A model generated the notes under the pieces. The model had not been told where the DNA came from. It saw only the letters and a program-made list of their open reading frames with translations, and did not search any database. This document shows, piece after piece, positions 10,649 to 20,913 of a stretch of DNA of 64,000 nt (its first letter is position 1; every line of letters starts with the position of its first letter). Position numbers and translations under genes: made by a program. Origin of the DNA: Candidatus Lachnocurva vaginae. GTDB lineage: Bacteria; Bacillota; Clostridia; Lachnospirales; Lachnospiraceae. The DNA lies in contig CP049781.1 in NCBI GenBank assembly GCA_011082265.1, positions 476,333-540,332 on the forward strand, read 5' to 3'.

Positions 10649-10778
10649 ATTATTTATATAGGAGATTATTTATACCGAAAATTACTTATATAGGAGATTA
10701 TTTATATCGAAAATTACTTATATAGGAGATTATTTATATCGAAAATTACTGATATAGAAAATTATTTATGTATTGAAA
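10649..10778. repeat. array of eight 16-bp tandem repeats (consensus attatttatataggag / attatttatatcgaaa alternating as a 32-bp super-unit)
   Basis: Units fall at 10649, 10665, 10681, 10697, 10713, 10729, 10745 and 10761. More diverged copies follow to about 10830. Confidence 0.85.
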
Positions 10779-10997
10779 TTTTGATTTATATGAAAAATGG
10801 TTTAGAAATTATTTATATATAGAAAAATTTCTTTAGAAGGGCTGATTGCCTTTTTATCAATAATTCTTTTATTTTTATACATATTTTATGAATAATAGGG
10901 TATGATATAGAAAGTCGGTAAGACAAAGTTAAAGTTATATCATATAAAATCTTATGTACTAAGATTATAAAATTGTAAAAAATATATTTTTAAAAAG

Positions 10998-11054
10998 TTG
11001 ACAATTAAAAACAAAAATACTATTATAAAAACATAAAATCGAACATGTGTTTCG
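10998..11054 (+). promoter_or_regulatory. recA promoter (TTGACA-17-TATTAT) followed by a LexA/Cheo-like box cGAACATGTGTTTcg
   Basis: -35 at 10998-11003, -10 at 11021-11026. The palindrome at 11040-11054 reads GAAC-N4-GTTT, one mismatch to GAAC-N4-GTTC. Confidence 0.6.
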
Positions 11055-11083
11055 ATATTCGATTATTTTAAGTGGAGGATTAT

Positions 11084-12130
11084 ATGGCAACAGATTCTAA
11101 AGATAAGATAAAAGAAGAGAGAATTAAGGCATTAGATGCCGCTATTTCTCAGATAGAGAAGCAGTATGGAAGAGGCTCCGTTATGAAGTTAGGAGACGAA
11201 TCCAATGATATGAAAGTGGAGACTGTTCCGACAGGGTCTATAGGGCTTGATATTGCATTAGGACAGGGAGGACTTCCGAAGGGAAGAATTATAGAAATAT
11301 ATGGACCTGAATCAAGTGGTAAGACTACAGTTGCACTTCATTGTGTAGCAGAAGTACAAAAACGTGGTGGAATAGCTGGATTTATTGATGCAGAGCATGC
11401 ACTTGATCCTGTATATGCAAAAAATATAGGAGTTAATATAGATGACTTATATATTTCACAACCGGACAGTGGAGAGCAGGCACTTGAAATTACTGAGATG
11501 ATGGTAAGATCCGGAGCTGTAGATATTGTTATTGTGGATTCTGTAGCAGCACTTGTTCCAAAAGCTGAAATTGATGGAGAGATGGGAGATTCTCATGTAG
11601 GACTTCAGGCAAGACTTATGTCTCAGGCACTAAGAAAACTTACTGCAGTTGTATCTAAGACTAAGTGTATAGTTATCTTTATAAATCAGCTTAGAGAAAA
11701 AGTTGGAGTTATGTTTGGAAATCCTGAAACGACTACAGGAGGTAGAGCATTAAAATTTTATTCTAGTGTAAGACTTGATGTTAGAAGAATTGAAACTTTA
11801 AAGCAAAATGGAGAGATGGTAGGAAATAGAACTAGAGTTAAAGTAGTTAAGAATAAGATTGCACCACCTTTTAAAACTGCTGAGTTTGATATAATGTTTG
11901 GAAAAGGAATATCAAAATCCGGCGATATATTAGACCTTGCAACTGAAATTGACTTAGTAAATAAGGCAGGTGCATGGTTCTCTTATAATGGAGAAAAGAT
12001 TGGGCAAGGAAGAGAAAATGCAAAAATTTATCTTGAATCTCATCCTGAAATTATGACTAAAATTGAAAATGAGATTAGGGAAAGATTTAATCTTGATGGT
12101 GGAATTGAAGAACCAAAAGTAAGTGAGTAA
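11084..12130 (+). CDS. recA: recombinase RecA
   Basis: GPESSGKTT Walker A and canonical RecA core. The likely start is ATG 11084 (MATDSK) with a GGAGG RBS at 11074-11078; the track ORF begins at an upstream GTG at 11072. Confidence 0.95.
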   Translation: MATDSKDKIKEERIKALDAAISQIEKQYGRGSVMKLGDESNDMKVETVPTGSIGLDIALGQGGLPKGRIIEIYGPESSGKTTVALHCVAEVQKRGGIAGFIDAEHALDPVYAKNIGVNIDDLYISQPDSGEQALEITEMMVRSGAVDIVIVDSVAALVPKAEIDGEMGDSHVGLQARLMSQALRKLTAVVSKTKCIVIFINQLREKVGVMFGNPETTTGGRALKFYSSVRLDVRRIETLKQNGEMVGNRTRVKVVKNKIAPPFKTAEFDIMFGKGISKSGDILDLATEIDLVNKAGAWFSYNGEKIGQGRENAKIYLESHPEIMTKIENEIRERFNLDGGIEEPKVSE

Positions 12131-12187
12131 AGTTGCATTTTTTAGGCTGATGAAAAAATAAAAATATTTATGTAAAAGAGAAGATAA

Positions 12188-12841
12188 ATGGTTATAGTAG
12201 ATATAAAGCCTTTATTTATTAAGAAAAGAATAAAAAAGAGTAAAAAGCCGAAAAGTACAAGAATTAAAGAAAATAATCAATGGTATAAGGGAAGAGTTTG
12301 TCTAGACGACGGGACAGACTTTGTCCTATACAAAAAAGAGATATACAGATTCAATTTAGAAGTTGGACAAGTATTACAAGAAGAAAAATATCAGGAGATA
12401 TTAAATGAAATCTTTATTAAAAGAGCAAGAAAGAGAGCAATGAATCTTGTCCTTAAAATGGATAGAAGTGAAAATGATTTAAGAATTAAATTAAAAGCTA
12501 GCGGATATCCTAAAGAAGCTGTTGATGATGCAATTGAATATATGTATAAGTTTCATTATATTGATGATTTAAGACTTGCTAAAAATTTTGTACGTTATTA
12601 CGAATATACAAAGAGTATATCGGACTTAACAATGAAGCTTACCAAGATGGGAATAAAAGAAGAATATATAGAAGAGGCACTTTCAAATGAACTTAAACTT
12701 AGTGAAGAAGATAAAATTTTATCAATATTAAGTAAGAGGAAATACTATAAAGAGAATGCTGATGAAAAAGAGAAAGCAAAACAGTATAGATATTTGATTT
12801 CAAAAGGCTTTAAAACAAGTGATATAATGAAATTTCTATGA
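12188..12841 (+). CDS. recX: regulatory protein RecX
   Basis: It sits immediately downstream of recA. It has repeated 3-helix modules (LRIKLKASGYPKEAVDDAIEYM..YIDDLRLAKNFVRY) typical of RecX. Confidence 0.6.
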   Translation: MVIVDIKPLFIKKRIKKSKKPKSTRIKENNQWYKGRVCLDDGTDFVLYKKEIYRFNLEVGQVLQEEKYQEILNEIFIKRARKRAMNLVLKMDRSENDLRIKLKASGYPKEAVDDAIEYMYKFHYIDDLRLAKNFVRYYEYTKSISDLTMKLTKMGIKEEYIEEALSNELKLSEEDKILSILSKRKYYKENADEKEKAKQYRYLISKGFKTSDIMKFL

Positions 12842-12984
12842 AGAATAATACCTTCTTATATGTATGTTGTCTTGACTTTGTACTTCCTAAAATGTAATAT
12901 TATAGTGTTTGATATTATCGAAAGAAAATACGGTAATTAAAATATATAATTGAACAATGACAATTTAATAAAGGAGGTGCTCCT

Positions 12985-14532
12985 GTGCCAATAACAGTTT
13001 TAGCAGTAGTTGGGACACTGGTAGTTGCCATTCCTCTAACTTTAGGATTTGCAAATGTATATAATAAAAAAGTTGCTGAAAAAAAAGTGGGAGGAGCTGA
13101 AGAGAAAGCTCGTGGAATTATAGATGATGCTGTAAAGGAAGCTGAATCTAAGAAACGAGAGGCACTACTGGAAGCAAAAGAGGAAAATTTGAGAACTAAG
13201 AATGAGATTGATAAAGAAATTCAATCTAGACGTAATGAGGTCTCAAAAAATGAACGAAGAGTTCAACAAAAAGAGGAAACTCTTGATAGAAAAATGGACT
13301 CTGTTGAACAAAGAGAGAAAAATCTTGTTCGAAAGGTGGAAGAGTTAAAAAAGAAGGAATCTGAAGTAGATAAGCTTAATGATCAGCGAATACAGGAGCT
13401 CGAGAGAATATCGGGATTAACAAAAGAGCAAGGAAAACAAATGCTCCTTGATTCACTCGAATCAGATGTAAAGCTTGATGCTGCAAAGCTTATAAGAGAA
13501 ACTCTTGCAGAAGCGAAAGAAGAAGCAAGCAAGAAATCAAAAGAAATTTTGGTAACAGCAATTCAGCGTTATGCGGCAGATCAGGTATCTGCAAGTACGA
13601 TTACGGTTGTACAGCTTCCTAACGATGAGATGAAAGGAAGAATTATCGGGCGTGAAGGTAGAAATATAAGAGCTCTTGAAACTTTAACGGGAGTTGAACT
13701 TATTATTGATGATACACCTGATGCTGTAGTTTTATCTGCTTTTGATCCGGTAAGAAGAGAAGTAGCAAGAATTGCTCTTGAAAAACTTATTTTAGATGGA
13801 AGAATTCATCCTGCAAGGATTGAAGAAATGGTTGAGGTCGCTAGAAAAGAAATAGATGAGGACATTAAGGAAGCTGGAGAAGCAGCTACACTTGAAGTCG
13901 GAATCCACGGACTTGATTTTAACCTTGTAAAGATGCTTGGAAAGATGAAATTTAGAACAAGTTATGGTCAGAATGTACTTAAACATTCTATTGAAGTTGC
14001 ACAATTTGCAGGTCTTTTAGCTGCAGAGATAGGCGAAGATGTAAAGCTTGCAAAACGTGCAGGACTTTTACATGATATAGGGAAATCTATAGATCATGAG
14101 AGAGAAGGATCACATGTGGAGCTTGGAGTAGAACTTTGCAAGAAAGCAAAAGAACATCCTGTTGTTATCAATGCGGTAGCAGCACATCATGGTGATTGTC
14201 CGCCTGAATCTCTTATCGCAATATTGGTTATGGCGGCTGATACAATCAGTGCAGCAAGACCGGGTGCAAGAAGAGAGACGATGGAAGCATATACGCAAAG
14301 ACTATATCAGCTTGAAGAAATTACAAATGATTTTGACGGAGTAGATAAGTCTTATGCTATTCAAGCAGGACGTGAAGTAAGAATTATGGTAATTCCTGAC
14401 AGGATAGATGATGCAGGGATGACGATACTTGCAAGAAATATTGCAAATAGAATTGAATCGGAAATGAAGTATCCGGGACAGATAAAGGTTAATGTAATAA
14501 GAGAATCTCGAGCAGTTGAATATGCAAAATAA
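12985..14532 (+). CDS. rny: ribonuclease Y
   Basis: N-terminal TM helix, coiled coil, KH domain and an HD domain (LLHDIGK). GTG start with an AGGAGG RBS. Promoter TTGACT-17-TAATAT at 12872-12900. Confidence 0.9.
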   Translation: MPITVLAVVGTLVVAIPLTLGFANVYNKKVAEKKVGGAEEKARGIIDDAVKEAESKKREALLEAKEENLRTKNEIDKEIQSRRNEVSKNERRVQQKEETLDRKMDSVEQREKNLVRKVEELKKKESEVDKLNDQRIQELERISGLTKEQGKQMLLDSLESDVKLDAAKLIRETLAEAKEEASKKSKEILVTAIQRYAADQVSASTITVVQLPNDEMKGRIIGREGRNIRALETLTGVELIIDDTPDAVVLSAFDPVRREVARIALEKLILDGRIHPARIEEMVEVARKEIDEDIKEAGEAATLEVGIHGLDFNLVKMLGKMKFRTSYGQNVLKHSIEVAQFAGLLAAEIGEDVKLAKRAGLLHDIGKSIDHEREGSHVELGVELCKKAKEHPVVINAVAAHHGDCPPESLIAILVMAADTISAARPGARRETMEAYTQRLYQLEEITNDFDGVDKSYAIQAGREVRIMVIPDRIDDAGMTILARNIANRIESEMKYPGQIKVNVIRESRAVEYAK

Positions 14533-14554
14533 TTCAGACTACGAAAAAAATTAT

Positions 14555-14595
14555 GAAAAAATCTCAAACATCAAACGATGTTTGAGATTTTTTTC
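14555..14595. terminator. bidirectional rho-independent terminator between rny (+) and aroE (-)
   Basis: atctcaaacatc-aaac-gatgtttgagat flanked by an A-run and a T-run. Confidence 0.85.
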
Positions 14596-14609
14596 ATTTA
14601 TATTTTAAT

Positions 14610-15422
14610 TCATTCAAGTGTTTTTCCTGTAAAGATTTTAAAAGATAAAACTGCCTGATAATGAAGCATGTCAAGACCGTTCATAGTCTTGGCTCCGACT
14701 TTTTTTGCTTCGGAAAGTAATTTCGTTTCAAGCGGATTATAAATTATATCCGCTACAAATAAATCTTTTCTTAAATCTTTTGGGCTTACTAAAAGATTAT
14801 CATTTTCTTTCATACCTACATAAGTCGTATTTACCAAAATATCACTTTTTTTAATACTTAAACTTAAGTCATTCATCATATAAAGATTAATAGGAATGGA
14901 AGAATTATTCTTAATTCTTTTAAGCAATTCTTTAAGGGAATTATGCTCTTTTCTAACAACGATATTGATTTCTTTTGCTGAGGTTTGAGAGAGTGCAGCA
15001 ACTATGGATGATCCAGCACCTCCGCATCCCAGAATCGTAAATATTTTATTATCATAATTAAAATCATTTTTTAAAAGAGCTTTTAAAAATCCCTTTCCGT
15101 CAGTTGTATCGCCATAAATTTTGTTGTCTTTAAAAATTATAGTGTTTGCAGCTTTTATCATTAAAGTTTCATTTGACATTTCATCCAAATATGGAAAAAC
15201 TATTTTCTTTAAAGGCATTGTAAGATTGCAGCCTAAAACTCCCATTTTTTTAAATGCATTTAAAATAGAAGGTAAGTCATTTTCTTTTACATCAAACGCC
15301 ATATATTTATAATTTAAATGCATCTTAGAAAAAGCACTGTTATAAATAAAAGGCGAATGGGAATGCTCTATCGGGCTTCCCAGAAGACAAAATAATTTAG
15401 TTTTTCCATTTATTTCACACAT
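14610..15422 (-). CDS. aroE: shikimate dehydrogenase
   Basis: LLGSPIEHSHSPFIYNSAF substrate motif and ILGCGGAGSSIV NADP-binding motif. Confidence 0.85.
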   Translation of the reverse strand: MCEINGKTKLFCLLGSPIEHSHSPFIYNSAFSKMHLNYKYMAFDVKENDLPSILNAFKKMGVLGCNLTMPLKKIVFPYLDEMSNETLMIKAANTIIFKDNKIYGDTTDGKGFLKALLKNDFNYDNKIFTILGCGGAGSSIVAALSQTSAKEINIVVRKEHNSLKELLKRIKNNSSIPINLYMMNDLSLSIKKSDILVNTTYVGMKENDNLLVSPKDLRKDLFVADIIYNPLETKLLSEAKKVGAKTMNGLDMLHYQAVLSFKIFTGKTLE

Positions 15423-15514
15423 ATAAAAAACCTCTAAAAAATACTATTCTATATATTAAATCTTTTGTTAAAAATTCAAAAAATATTGTCTAATGTTGTA
15501 AGTCTTTGATATAT

Positions 15515-15660
15515 ATATTAAATATGCACATATAATATTGAATACATATCTAATATTACATATACACATACAATATTAGATACATATATAATATTATATA
15601 TACATGTACATAAGATATTAATATCAGATATACGTGTATAGTATATATCAAAATGTACTT
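15515..15660. repeat. AT-rich degenerate ~20-bp tandem repeats (about 6-7 copies, core acatatMtaatattaSa) in the aroE / 15726-ORF divergent intergenic region
   Basis: aatatt cores recur at 15534, 15552, 15572, 15591 and 15614, with acatat/acacat between them. Confidence 0.6.
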
Positions 15661-15725
15661 AAGCGATATTGAAAAATGTTCGGGAAAATATATACTTTTA
15701 TGAAGAGGCAATAAAGAGGTAATAT

Positions 15726-16805
15726 ATGTTCAAAGAAATCTTGGATAAATTATTTATAACCAATTTAAAAAAGTATAAAGAAGAAGTTGCAAGAAAGAAT
15801 ATGAATGATCTAAATTTATTTATTAAATTTGGACTTTTTATAAGTGCTTTTAACTATTTCTCACAGACAATAGTTATTGGGAATATGGGGCATGAAACTT
15901 CTTTCTTATTTTTTATATTTTTTTTAATGGTATTTTTAATAAAAATATTTTTTATTTCTAAGACTTATGAAGGTGCCAGAGAAATTTTATATACGATGGT
16001 ATCAGTAGTTTTCTTATATTCAATAATGATTGGTACTATTTTTGATTCGGAGCATCAAGCAACTACTTATTTTATATTTCTTGTAACTATGCCGTTGTTT
16101 ATTCTTGAAAAAGTAGTTATCCATGTCATTATAGAGTGCTTTTGGACAGCTATATTTATTGCATTTTCATATTTTGTAAAAAGTGAAATACTTTTTAAAT
16201 ATGATTTGCTTCATGCCGTGGGATTTTTAGCTGTAGCAATTGTCATATCAATAGTTGTAAGTAATATAAGAATAAATGAGCTTAAAAAGGATTATATTCA
16301 AAGATATAAGGATGAGCATGATTCGATAACAAAATTATATAATAGGAATCATTTTGAAAGATGCACAAATAAATATGTTGGGAAATCACTTTCCCTTGCA
16401 ACTATCCAAATTAATAATTTAGGGGAATATTATGACAAATATGGAAGAAAATTCAATGAAAAGCTAGTAAATTATTTAGCATCCATTTTAAAAAGATATA
16501 TAGAAGAAGAAAATATTTATGTTTTTGAATTGGGGCTTATACTAATATTATGGCCGGATGGTACAGAAGTTGACTGTTATCGTGACCTTAATTTTGTAAA
16601 AGCGGAATTTGCCGAGGCAAAGATTGAAGATTATATAGTAAATCCTACATTTTCAACAGGATATATTTATGGCAAATGCAATACAGTAGTAGACCTTGAA
16701 ATGATGATAAGGCAGGCAGATACGCATAGAAGAAAGTTTAAGTCGGATGAAGAAGGATTTATTTTCGGCGGTGCATACGATAGGAACTTAAAATATAATA
16801 ATTAA
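15726..16805 (+). CDS. polytopic membrane protein with a C-terminal degenerate GGDEF-like domain
   Basis: 5-6 N-terminal TM helices. The C-terminal domain has the GGDEF-fold pattern (SITKLYNRNHFE..IQINNLGEYYDKYGRKFNEKL), but the GGDEF signature is replaced by VFELG. Confidence 0.5.
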   Translation: MFKEILDKLFITNLKKYKEEVARKNMNDLNLFIKFGLFISAFNYFSQTIVIGNMGHETSFLFFIFFLMVFLIKIFFISKTYEGAREILYTMVSVVFLYSIMIGTIFDSEHQATTYFIFLVTMPLFILEKVVIHVIIECFWTAIFIAFSYFVKSEILFKYDLLHAVGFLAVAIVISIVVSNIRINELKKDYIQRYKDEHDSITKLYNRNHFERCTNKYVGKSLSLATIQINNLGEYYDKYGRKFNEKLVNYLASILKRYIEEENIYVFELGLILILWPDGTEVDCYRDLNFVKAEFAEAKIEDYIVNPTFSTGYIYGKCNTVVDLEMMIRQADTHRRKFKSDEEGFIFGGAYDRNLKYNN

Positions 16806-16829
16806 TAGAAAGATTGGCATAATTTACAA

Positions 16830-17588
16830 ATGAGAAGATATAGACGACATAAATATAATTTAACATCGTTAATCATAAGTATAATCTTTGTTTTAGGTGC
16901 TGGACAATTCTTTGCAGGAAATCATTCAAAGGATGTCATACAACATAATGATACTAAAACAAATGTTGCTGTTCAGAAAGATGAACAAGTAAATGTAAAT
17001 ACACTTAATGACATTCCTGATTTTAATAATATTCCATATGTAAGGCTAAATAATAATATTCCTGAGTTTACTGATGAGGAAAAGAAAGTAGAAAGCCTTG
17101 AAGAGTATGGTGAACATGATTCATTAAATAGATGCACAGCTTGTATTGCACTTGTAGGTAAAGAAACTATGCCAACTTCGCCCAGAGGAAGTATTGGAAT
17201 GGTAAAACCTACCGGGTGGCATACGATAAAATATACCGGAATTGACGGAAAATTTTTGTATAACAGGTGTCATTTAATCGGATATCAGCTTACAGGAGAA
17301 AATGCTAATACTAAAAATCTTATAACAGGTACTAGATATTTGAATGTGGAAGGTATGCTTCCCTTTGAAAACAGAGTTGCAGATTATGTTAATGCTACAA
17401 AAAATCATGTTTTATACAGAGTTACTCCTATATTTAAGGGAAATGATCTTGTCGCAAGAGGTGTTAAAATGGAAGCGTATTCTGTTGAGGATAATGGAAA
17501 AGGAGTTTCATTTAATGTATTTTGCTATAATGCACAGCCTGGAATAGAAATTGATTATAGTAATGGTGATAGTAAACCGATTGAGTAA
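16830..17588 (+). CDS. membrane-anchored DNA/RNA non-specific endonuclease (EndA/NucA-like, Endonuclease_NS_2 family)
   Basis: N-terminal TM anchor and a catalytic region YNRCHLIGYQLTGENANTKNLITGT. Confidence 0.6.
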   Translation: MRRYRRHKYNLTSLIISIIFVLGAGQFFAGNHSKDVIQHNDTKTNVAVQKDEQVNVNTLNDIPDFNNIPYVRLNNNIPEFTDEEKKVESLEEYGEHDSLNRCTACIALVGKETMPTSPRGSIGMVKPTGWHTIKYTGIDGKFLYNRCHLIGYQLTGENANTKNLITGTRYLNVEGMLPFENRVADYVNATKNHVLYRVTPIFKGNDLVARGVKMEAYSVEDNGKGVSFNVFCYNAQPGIEIDYSNGDSKPIE

Positions 17589-17674
17589 TAGCAAAGGAAA
17601 TTAGTAAAAAATTTGCTTATTTATCAATTATAAAAAGGAAAATAGATTGATTAAATATAAAAAAAGGAATATTT

Positions 17675-18442
17675 ATGACGAAATATGCACTTGTAACGGG
17701 AGCAAGTTCCGGTATTGGAAAAGAAATGGCAAAAATACTAAAAAGCTATGGATATAATTTGATTCTTGTGGCAAGACGAAAAGATAGGCTTAAGGAAGTT
17801 TCAAATTATATCGGCGGAGACAATGTTATTTTACCTATTGACTTATCTAAAGAAAAGGAGTTATATAGACTGGTTGGGACAATAAATGAGTACAACCTTG
17901 AAGTTTTTATTAATTGTGCAGGCTTCGGCGATTGCGGAGCATTTGTGGAAACGGATTTAGATAAAGAACTTCAAATGATAGATGTAAATATAAGAGCTGT
18001 TCATATTTTAACTAAAGAAATTTTGAAAAATTTTTCAAAAGAAAACAAGGGTTATATTTTGAATGTAGCATCGTCAGCAGGTCTTTTACCGGGAGGCCCT
18101 TATATGGCAACATATTATGCTACAAAAGCTTATGTTTGCAGTCTTACAAGAGCAATTAGTAAAGAACTAAAAGATAAAGGACTTGATAATGTATATGTAG
18201 GTGTGCTTTGTCCCGGACCTGTTGATACTGAATTTAATAAAGTGGCAGGTGTAAAATTTGCTTTAAAAGGAATAAGTGCCATATCTTGTGCAAGAGCGGC
18301 AATAAATGGAATGTTAAAAAGGAAAACATTAATTGTACCGACTTTCACTATGAAGGCAGGTATATTTTTCTCAAAATTTGTGACTGGAAATGTGTTATTA
18401 AAAATTATATCTAAGCAGCAGAAAAAGAAAATATATAAGTGA
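17675..18442 (+). CDS. SDR family oxidoreductase
   Basis: TGASSGIGKE cofactor motif and a YYATKAY catalytic YxxxK. Confidence 0.85.
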   Translation: MTKYALVTGASSGIGKEMAKILKSYGYNLILVARRKDRLKEVSNYIGGDNVILPIDLSKEKELYRLVGTINEYNLEVFINCAGFGDCGAFVETDLDKELQMIDVNIRAVHILTKEILKNFSKENKGYILNVASSAGLLPGGPYMATYYATKAYVCSLTRAISKELKDKGLDNVYVGVLCPGPVDTEFNKVAGVKFALKGISAISCARAAINGMLKRKTLIVPTFTMKAGIFFSKFVTGNVLLKIISKQQKKKIYK

Positions 18443-18449
18443 TGGTAAA

Positions 18450-19220
18450 ATGAAAAAAAAATATGTGTTGTACAGTCTATTAGTTATTATTTTAGGATTT
18501 ATTTCCTTATTTTCAATTAGATTATTTAACAAATATACAAAAACTTCGGGCAGTAATCAAATAGGAAAAGATGATCCTCTTAATATAAGAAATTCAAAGA
18601 ATAGATCGAAAAAATCAAATAATAATACAAAGGGAAAAGACTATGAAAACAAAACGACAGGTGTTAAGTTATCTGGTATTACAGCTAAAAGCGTTAAATA
18701 TCAGGATAAATTCCCTTATTATATTATGGTAAATAGAAAAAGGAATACGGTTACGATTTATAATTCTACCGATAAAATGACATATAATAATCCTTTTAAG
18801 GTATTTATCTGTTCAACAGGACTTAATAAGGATGATACACCTATAGGAAATTTTCATACTAAAGCAAAGTATAAATGGAGAGCTTTATTTGGAAATGTAT
18901 ATGGACAGTATGCGACAAGAATAAGTGATAATATTTTGTTTCACTCGGTTCCTTATGAAAAACAAAAGAAAAACTCCTTGAAAATGGAAGAATATAATAA
19001 GCTTGGTTATAAAGCTTCGATGGGATGTGTAAGGATGAATGTAGCAGGCGTGAAGTGGATATATGATAATTGTCCTATAGGAACAGGTGTTACTATATAT
19101 GACGGAGATGCTCCCGGAGAATTAGGTAAGCCTAAAATTAAAAAAATAACTAAAACTAATAAGAAAGGTACATGGGATCCTACAGATCCGGATGAGGAAA
19201 ATCCATGGAATAACGATTAA
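18450..19220 (+). CDS. L,D-transpeptidase (YkuD domain) protein with N-terminal TM anchor
   Basis: HSVPY...SMGCVRM catalytic His/Cys signature; K/N-rich linker. Confidence 0.7.
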   Translation: MKKKYVLYSLLVIILGFISLFSIRLFNKYTKTSGSNQIGKDDPLNIRNSKNRSKKSNNNTKGKDYENKTTGVKLSGITAKSVKYQDKFPYYIMVNRKRNTVTIYNSTDKMTYNNPFKVFICSTGLNKDDTPIGNFHTKAKYKWRALFGNVYGQYATRISDNILFHSVPYEKQKKNSLKMEEYNKLGYKASMGCVRMNVAGVKWIYDNCPIGTGVTIYDGDAPGELGKPKIKKITKTNKKGTWDPTDPDEENPWNND

Positions 19221-19252
19221 ATTTAAAATATAGTTAAGCTTTAAGTATAAAA

Positions 19253-19308
19253 TGGAAAATTTTTAGAGATAGATTGGTATAACGTGGAAAATTTTTAGAG
19301 ATAGATTG
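19253..19308. repeat. 24-bp direct repeat (tggaaaatttttagagatagattg x2) upstream of tdk
   Basis: Copies at 19253-19276 and 19285-19308. Confidence 0.8.
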
Positions 19309-19327
19309 AAAAGGAAAAGAGAAAACG

Positions 19328-19888
19328 ATGGCTAAACTTTATTTCAGATATGGAGCCATGGGTGCAGGAAAAACCATGGACATACTTAAAGTTGCATATA
19401 ATTATGAAGAGAGAAATCAAAAGGTTATTATTTTAAAACCTAAGGCAGATAAGAGAGACGGAAAGACAGTAGTTAAAAGTCGTATCGAAGGATTTATGAG
19501 AAAAGGACGTTTGGTTGAAGATTTCATAAAGATGTCTGAAGAAGAGATTAAGGGATACGATTGTGTACTTGTAGATGAGGCACAATTTTGTACAAAAGAT
19601 CAGATTTTCTTCTTTGCACACGTTGTTGACGATTTAAATGTTCCTGTAATATGCTATGGACTTAGGACCGATTTTCAATTAAATCTATTTGAAGGTTCAG
19701 AGTGGCTTTTTGCGTTGGCTGATACTATAGAAGAGACAAAGACTATCTGCTGGTGCGGTAAGAAAGCAACCTGTAATGCGAGATTTAATAAAGATGGAAT
19801 TATTAAGACCGGAGAACAAATTCTTCTAGGCGGAAATGATAGTTATATAAGTCTTTGTAGAAAACATTACATGGAAGGAAAATTATAA
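19328..19888 (+). CDS. tdk: thymidine kinase
   Basis: YGAMGAGKT P-loop and C-terminal Zn-ribbon cysteines (CWCGKKATCNAR..C). Confidence 0.9.
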   Translation: MAKLYFRYGAMGAGKTMDILKVAYNYEERNQKVIILKPKADKRDGKTVVKSRIEGFMRKGRLVEDFIKMSEEEIKGYDCVLVDEAQFCTKDQIFFFAHVVDDLNVPVICYGLRTDFQLNLFEGSEWLFALADTIEETKTICWCGKKATCNARFNKDGIIKTGEQILLGGNDSYISLCRKHYMEGKL

Positions 19889-19901
19889 AAAATAGAAAAA
19901 T

Positions 19902-20894
19902 TTATTTTAAAGTGCAATTTGAAAGATTATCCGAAAGTATAATTTCTTTTCTTTCATAAAAATATGGAGTTAAAAACGATACTTTGTAGGCTTGAAGCTT
20001 CAAAGTGTCGTTTACTTTTTTATTCATTTTGTTAATAGTGTTTGATTCTCGTATATATTTAAAATCGGATTTTCTATTATATAAAGGATCTTCGCATATT
20101 GGATGACCTATTGAAGCAAGATGAACTCTTATCTGATGAGTTCTTCCATTTGAAATTTTAACTTCAATAAGAGTTCTATTTTCTTCTTTAGAAAATCGTA
20201 TTTTTTTTACAAAAGTTTTTGCCGGCTTTCCATCTTTATGAACTTCTCTAATCATAAGGCAGTTTGGCTTTTCACGAATAGGTTTATCAATAATTAAATT
20301 ATCTTCTTTAATTTCTCCTTCGACCCATGCATAATATGTTTTCTTATATAGATGATTCATTTGCTCTTTTGTAAATATAGTTGCACTGTCGGAATTTTTT
20401 GCAAATAAAACTATACCTGATGTATCTTTATCAAGCCTTCCTATGGGGTAAATTGCCCCTTTCTTTATTCCAAGGTGAAAAGCTACCTGATTTGACAAAG
20501 TATCAGCATAATGACCAGGAGAAGGGTGGCAGACAATTCCGGATTTTTTATTTAAGAAAAGTAAATCGTCATCTTCATATAAAATAGAAAGTGGCGGCAT
20601 ATTGGAAGGAGGAGTAGCCCAAATAGACTGTGATGTAGTATCTATTTCTCCTATGTCACAAAGCCGTATTTTAACTACATCATTTTCATGAATAATAGCA
20701 TTTATAAAACAATATTTATCATTAATTAAAATACCATCTTTTCTATGCTTTATCCGATTCAGCATTTTCTCTGAAAAAAGAAGTTTATTTTTTAGAAAGG
20801 ATTTAATAGTATCATTTTCATAATCCTTTAATACAGTAAAAGCGAGATATCTTGTTTTATTGTTATATAGAATTTTTAAATCAAAATTATTCAT
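19902..20894 (-). CDS. RluA-family 23S rRNA pseudouridine synthase (S4 domain plus catalytic domain)
   Basis: HRLDKDTSGIVLFAKN catalytic Asp motif. Confidence 0.8.
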   Translation of the reverse strand: MNNFDLKILYNNKTRYLAFTVLKDYENDTIKSFLKNKLLFSEKMLNRIKHRKDGILINDKYCFINAIIHENDVVKIRLCDIGEIDTTSQSIWATPPSNMPPLSILYEDDDLLFLNKKSGIVCHPSPGHYADTLSNQVAFHLGIKKGAIYPIGRLDKDTSGIVLFAKNSDSATIFTKEQMNHLYKKTYYAWVEGEIKEDNLIIDKPIREKPNCLMIREVHKDGKPAKTFVKKIRFSKEENRTLIEVKISNGRTHQIRVHLASIGHPICEDPLYNRKSDFKYIRESNTINKMNKKVNDTLKLQAYKVSFLTPYFYERKEIILSDNLSNCTLK

Positions 20895-20913
20895 TTTATT
20901 TCTTATTTCTAAA

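Noticed and set aside
10649-10778. Possible CRISPR array.
   Set aside because: The 16-bp units are contiguous with no unique spacers and there are no cas genes. It is a minisatellite, not CRISPR.
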